Origin: an uncultured Thermoplasmatales archaeon
Lineage (GTDB): Archaea > Thermoplasmatota > E2 > DHVEG-1
Assembly (NCBI GenBank): GCA_964517155.1
Contig: CAZFAZ010000079.1
Coordinates: 1 to 32,266, forward strand
Direction of reading: 5' to 3'
Length of the DNA stretch: 32,266 bases
Below are positions 28,399-32,266 of the stretch, piece by piece. The position numbers were made by a program, and so were the translations under genes. Numbering within the stretch: the first letter of the stretch is position 1; each line of letters begins with the position of its first letter. The notes below the pieces were generated by a model that worked only from the letters and a program-made list of their open reading frames with translations, had not been told where the DNA came from and ran no database searches.

Positions 28399-28977
28399 TC
28401 AATCATCCCATTCAAAATAGTCTCCCCAATATCCCATATCAAACAGTATATCACATATACCGTTTTCAAAACCAAATTGAATGGGCCACATATCCCCAGT
28501 ATAGCTATTTGAACCCGTTATCGCATTATCAGCACTTAAAAAAGAACTCCATGCTTTATTATAATCTTTTGATAAAAGATATTCTAAACCATCTATTGCA
28601 GAATCTCGACAATCCTCATATTCATATGCGAACAACTTACCTGAATCACTATAATAAGTATTTTCACCTAATTCTTCGATGATATCATCGTTATCTAAAA
28701 TTATTTTTTTATGTTTTTCAAATTCAGTTTGATTATAGTTTAATATATAGTCTATTTCGTTTTGTGAAGTATCAAAATTATATGAACCAGATTCATCTAC
28801 AAAAAAACCCGCGACTCTATCCATAGCGTTTTCAAACTTTTCATGTAATGAATCATAATCGGGCTTTGATTCAGTATCATTATTATTCTGGTCGGTTTTT
28901 TCTGTCGTACATCCACTAATAATTCCAATCCCAATAACCATTATGGAAATCATACAAAATAATATCTCTTTTTTCAT
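28399..28977 (-). CDS. Acidic putative lipoprotein
   Basis: Signal peptide ending in lipobox-like ISGC followed by a polar linker. Confidence 0.75.
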   Translation of the reverse strand: MKKEILFCMISIMVIGIGIISGCTTEKTDQNNNDTESKPDYDSLHEKFENAMDRVAGFFVDESGSYNFDTSQNEIDYILNYNQTEFEKHKKIILDNDDIIEELGENTYYSDSGKLFAYEYEDCRDSAIDGLEYLLSKDYNKAWSSFLSADNAITGSNSYTGDMWPIQFGFENGICDILFDMGYWGDYFEWDD

Positions 28978-28980
28978 TTT

Positions 28981-29361
28981 CTAATCCTCAAACCAAGAAG
29001 TATCTCCAACATCAACGATTTTTATAGCCTTAATATAAACAATTTCTCTTATTATGCCGCTTCCATCACATCGATAACAATTGCCATAGCAATCTTCAAA
29101 ATAGCCATCCTTTATCAGAATTTTTCCATAAATCGGATCATCATAGTATGTTGCTTCAACCCATCTGCGGCATTTTCCAGAGCCATCACAGCTAGGACAT
29201 ACGTCTGTTTTTCCTGTGTAATTATAATATCCATATTCATTTACACCATCATATTTGAACTCTTCAACATCAGAAGATTTGTTATTTGTTTCGATACATC
29301 CACTAGATACAAGAATTAGTGTTATTACAATTACGCTTACTATAAATGCTTTGCATTTCAT
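28981..29361 (-). CDS. Putative lipoprotein with DnaJ-type zinc-finger motifs
   Basis: MKCKAF... signal with SSGC lipobox; CPSCDGSG and CYRCDGSG motifs. GAGAGG SD before the ATG at 29361. Confidence 0.75.
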   Translation of the reverse strand: MKCKAFIVSVIVITLILVSSGCIETNNKSSDVEEFKYDGVNEYGYYNYTGKTDVCPSCDGSGKCRRWVEATYYDDPIYGKILIKDGYFEDCYGNCYRCDGSGIIREIVYIKAIKIVDVGDTSWFED

Positions 29362-29372
29362 ATTTTTGCCTC

Positions 29373-29651
29373 TCAATTTTTGCTGCCACAATAAGGACAT
29401 AATTCCGCATCAAAAGGAATAGAACGACCACATTCGTTACAATATATTTTACTTTTTGGTTTAATGTTTGTTTTTTCTTGTCGTATAGTTATTGTTTGTT
29501 GCTCAGATGAAAAAGCACCGATAATAAGAAGAATGAAACCAAGTAAAGCTATAGGCCCTCCAAGAATAACTCCGAAACCGCCGGTAATGGCTGTAAAAAA
29601 AAGACCAAACAGCAATAATATAAAGCCTGTTATTGTAAGACCTTCTCTCAT
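29373..29651 (-). CDS. Two-TM membrane protein with C-terminal zinc ribbon
   Basis: CNECGRSIPFDAELCPYCG; GAGG SD. Confidence 0.85.
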   Translation of the reverse strand: MREGLTITGFILLLFGLFFTAITGGFGVILGGPIALLGFILLIIGAFSSEQQTITIRQEKTNIKPKSKIYCNECGRSIPFDAELCPYCGSKN

Positions 29652-29671
29652 TTTATCCTCTTTATTTCAAA

Positions 29672-29887
29672 TCATTTAAAATTTTTACCACAGTATGGAC
29701 ATAACTTTGCATCAAAAGGAATAGCACGATTGCAGGCAGGGCATTTTCTATCAGGTTCTTCAGAAATAGACTTTGGAGTATCTTTCTCTATAAAAATTGT
29801 TTTTTTACCTGTTGCTGCCATTGCGATTAAAATAATAATGACTATAACTAACAATATTGCTATTAAACAAAGCATTTTTTCCCTCAT
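29672..29887 (-). CDS. Single-TM membrane protein with C-terminal zinc ribbon
   Basis: CPACNRAIPFDAKLCPYCG; ATGA overlap with the upstream SHOCT gene. Confidence 0.85.
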   Translation of the reverse strand: MREKMLCLIAILLVIVIIILIAMAATGKKTIFIEKDTPKSISEEPDRKCPACNRAIPFDAKLCPYCGKNFK

Positions 29888-30354
29888 TTTTCTTTTATTA
29901 TATCTTCTTTCATTTGTTCATAATCTGTCTTTGTGATTTCTCCTTTGGCATACCTTTTAGTAAGTATCTCGATAGCGTCTTCCTCTTGATGGGTCTCTAC
30001 TTTTGGTTTGGTTACATCTTGTTTTTGACTCTTATATTTTGCAAGAAATCCAAAAAACATAATTGCTACACCTATAAGAATAACAAAAGGAAGTCCATTA
30101 TATACACCTCTAGCGCTCTCTATATTTTCCTCTGCTTCTATACCCATATCATAGTACATATCCCATGCGGATTCCCAGTCATCAAGATATTTAATCGAAG
30201 CTTTCCTCATTTCAGCAGATTCTACTATTATATCTTCTTGTTCTGGAATATATACGTTATTAATATAAAACATTCCTCCAATACCGCCGATAATAATAAA
30301 AAAACCAATAACTATAATCCATATCCAGCTTTCTATCTTATTATTCTCCATCAT
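29884..30354 (-). CDS. Two-TM membrane protein with C-terminal SHOCT domain
   Basis: DAIEILTKRYAKGEITKTDYEQMKEDI matches the SHOCT pattern. Confidence 0.85.
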   Translation of the reverse strand: MMENNKIESWIWIIVIGFFIIIGGIGGMFYINNVYIPEQEDIIVESAEMRKASIKYLDDWESAWDMYYDMGIEAEENIESARGVYNGLPFVILIGVAIMFFGFLAKYKSQKQDVTKPKVETHQEEDAIEILTKRYAKGEITKTDYEQMKEDIIKEK

Positions 30355-30383
30355 TTTTACTCCAATTCTCTATTTTAAAACAA

Positions 30384-31343
30384 TTAGTCGTTTATAAACT
30401 TAATTTTTTTCCATCCTTTCGTTATTTCTAAATAATCGCCATTATAGGCTAATTTAGATAGAATGGATCTTACAACTAATGATCTTAGGTTTTTCATACA
30501 TTTTACTAAAGATTCAGATTCAATTTTTTCTGCTTTATGAAAAATCTTGTTTCTTACATTTAAAATCATTTTAATATCATAATCATAGTCTTTTAAACCA
30601 ATGTTGTTATTCTCCATAAATTCAATAATTCTGTCGCTAATAGGTCTTCTTTTTAATTCAGATATTTTCTTAAAAAGTTCTTTTTTTCTATCCTCCGATA
30701 GTTTATCAAAGGAAGAATGATTTGTTAATACATTTTTTATTTCTGAAGTCAAGCCGTTTGGTAGCCCATCATTTCCATAAATAAATTCCTCAGTATTATA
30801 CAGAACTAATGACTCTAAACTAATATATGGAAAAATAAAGCAATTTGTAAGCATATTATCTTCAATTCCTGCCAAATAAAAAGCAATAGGAAATAATAAA
30901 TTATTTATTCTTAAAAAATCAGGTTCAGTTATTTTCTTCTCTATTTGCTTTAATAATTTTAATATATTTTCTTCATCCATAATTCTTTCTTTTGGAAATT
31001 TTGCTGATTTTGTACCAAAGAAATTACCCGTATGTAAACCAGGAACTTTTGGTGAGATATTATGACCAGTACGTGAAATACGAATTCCTTGTGCAAATGA
31101 TAATATCCAATTTATTTGATCGATTTCATTTTCTTTAAGTGTAATTTTTTTCTTTAATTCATCTGTGTCTTCTCCTTGAATCTCAGATATAGCATTAAAT
31201 GTAATATAGTCTTTTTTTTCATTATTCATCTTTTTAATAACTTCATCATATTTTTCAACTTTATAAAAATTAAAAGTGCCTATTTGAAAATCATTTTGTA
31301 TTTCAAGATTCTTTACAGAAAAGTTAATTTTCGTAGTTATCAT
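30384..31343 (-). CDS. HEPN-domain protein (ApeA/MAE_28990-like architecture), putative RNase
   Basis: LLSFAQG-like segment (ILSFAQG), ISLESL glutamate and C-terminal RNKIFH (R-x4-H) motif. Confidence 0.7.
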   Translation of the reverse strand: MITTKINFSVKNLEIQNDFQIGTFNFYKVEKYDEVIKKMNNEKKDYITFNAISEIQGEDTDELKKKITLKENEIDQINWILSFAQGIRISRTGHNISPKVPGLHTGNFFGTKSAKFPKERIMDEENILKLLKQIEKKITEPDFLRINNLLFPIAFYLAGIEDNMLTNCFIFPYISLESLVLYNTEEFIYGNDGLPNGLTSEIKNVLTNHSSFDKLSEDRKKELFKKISELKRRPISDRIIEFMENNNIGLKDYDYDIKMILNVRNKIFHKAEKIESESLVKCMKNLRSLVVRSILSKLAYNGDYLEITKGWKKIKFIND

Positions 31344-31433
31344 ATTTTGAAAATAAGTTCCATCTGTTTAATGTTTATGCCAATGAAGTAGATTTTAATT
31401 ATATTTTTATAGTAATTGTAGACATAGTAATTG

Positions 31434-32114
31434 ATGAGAGCAGATCTGATTAAAGAAATCCGTAAGGCGATTAGGAATGGAAAACCAAAAATTCAGGTTT
31501 CTTATGAGTTTGGTTTATCATATAAAAAAGTGTTAAGACTAACCAGCGATATTAAAACGAAAAGGGGTATTTCCCAGGTTCTTAGAAAGAAAATTCGTAA
31601 TGAAGTTAAAAATGGTAGATCTAAGAGACAAACTGCTCTTTATTTTGGTGTTTCAGAAAATACTGTATGTTATCATACAAAAGATATTTGTTTACGTCCT
31701 TTTAAAAACCTGCGAGTTCATGATAAAAAGTTAGAACTTATGAAAGATCTTTTGAGAGATGGTTATGCATTGCCTTCTAAGAAATATCATACACCTGAAT
31801 ATAACGAGCTGAAACGACATTTCCCATCTATTTGTAAAGTTAAGATGTATGATCGTGTTATCTTTTATCTTGAGGATAAAAAGGATGCTGCAACACGTGC
31901 TTTTCTTGATAATTCAAAACGTAAAATTATTAGTTATCAAGAGTTGAAACGAGTAACGAAAACTTTTGACTCTAATCTAAATATTAAGGAGAAAAGACAG
32001 ATTATCAAAGATAACCGTTCTAAAAAGTTATTCAAGAAGGAAAAAGACGGTGATTATTCTTTGGCATTTTTTTACATTCGGAGGTACTTTGATAACAAAA
32101 ACATTTATATATAG
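31434..32114 (+). CDS. Basic protein with two tandem N-terminal HTH-like repeats; C-terminus reads through the right TIR
   Basis: Repeats LIKEIRKAIRNGKPKIQVSYEFGLSYKKVLRLTSDI and LRKKIRNEVKNGRSKRQTALYFGVSENTVCYHTKDI. The YIRRY codons are the TIR sequence. Confidence 0.8.
   Translation: MRADLIKEIRKAIRNGKPKIQVSYEFGLSYKKVLRLTSDIKTKRGISQVLRKKIRNEVKNGRSKRQTALYFGVSENTVCYHTKDICLRPFKNLRVHDKKLELMKDLLRDGYALPSKKYHTPEYNELKRHFPSICKVKMYDRVIFYLEDKKDAATRAFLDNSKRKIISYQELKRVTKTFDSNLNIKEKRQIIKDNRSKKLFKKEKDGDYSLAFFYIRRYFDNKNIYI
32074..32089 (-). repeat. Right terminal inverted repeat (imperfect)
   Basis: acattcggaggtactt; reverse complement aagtacctccgaatgt versus left cagtacttccgaaagt. Confidence 0.65.
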
Positions 32115-32266
32115 TATGTATAATGCTTTGTTCCTCTGTCTACACCAGACATTTATCTGGGCAATACAAAAAAAATTTTTTGTAACCCGGGATCAAACAG
32201 TTAAAAAAATAATGGGTTTGGTTTTTGAGCTGTTTGTTAAATGTCACGGTATAGAGTTAGAAGAGA

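Larger units (their letters stand above)
25950..32089. mobile_element. Candidate 6.14 kb cargo-carrying transposon with ISH3-like transposase
   Basis: Left end CAGTACTTCCGAAAGT; right end reverse complement AAGTACCTCCGAATGT (13/16 identical). Only accessory genes lie between them, and no closer right TIR was seen near the transposase start. No perfect TSD. Confidence 0.7.

Noticed and set aside
28012..31343. Integron-like cassette array with attC sites
   Set aside because: Most intergenic gaps are 0-30 nt, with no recurring palindromic repeat and no integrase in the window.
874..31391. Numerous shadow ORFs in the track, mostly antisense (e.g. 874-1125, 2105-2671, 4191-4568, 8959-9348, 29857-30378)
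   Set aside because: They overlap well-supported genes and have no recognisable motifs.

Overview
AT-rich archaeal chromosome segment. An archaeal class I CCA-adding enzyme, ribosomal protein L10e/uL16, DUF373, MptE-like and AlaX genes, plus the zinc-ribbon/SHOCT/lipoprotein cargo style, suggest Thermoplasmatota, possibly Thermoprofundales/MBG-D (inference). Positions 829-25876 are mostly housekeeping: purH, a PAS histidine kinase plus receiver, a FIST protein, thpR-PAP2-cca, a UbiA prenyltransferase, a ferredoxin-AOR-thiF-thiS operon with nearby cofactor-related genes, mobB, alaX, two EamA transporters, an M28 peptidase, a site-2 protease and rpl10e. The most notable structure is a candidate 6.14 kb cargo-carrying transposon at 25950-32089, bounded by imperfect ISH3-like terminal inverted repeats (13/16 match, no perfect target-site duplication). 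It carries an N-terminally extended ISH3/IS4-type DDE transposase at the left end and an unannotated 46-aa ribbon-helix-helix gene transcribed divergently from it across an octamer-repeat operator. A tandem-HTH gene runs out through the right repeat. Between them are seven co-oriented passenger genes: a HEPN/ApeA-like nuclease, a SHOCT protein, two zinc-ribbon membrane proteins, two lipoproteins and one tail-anchored protein. At the left edge of the window, two direct-repeat fragments of a tRNA-Leu 3' end flank an orphan membrane gene. Three small ORFs missed by the ORF track are also reported.
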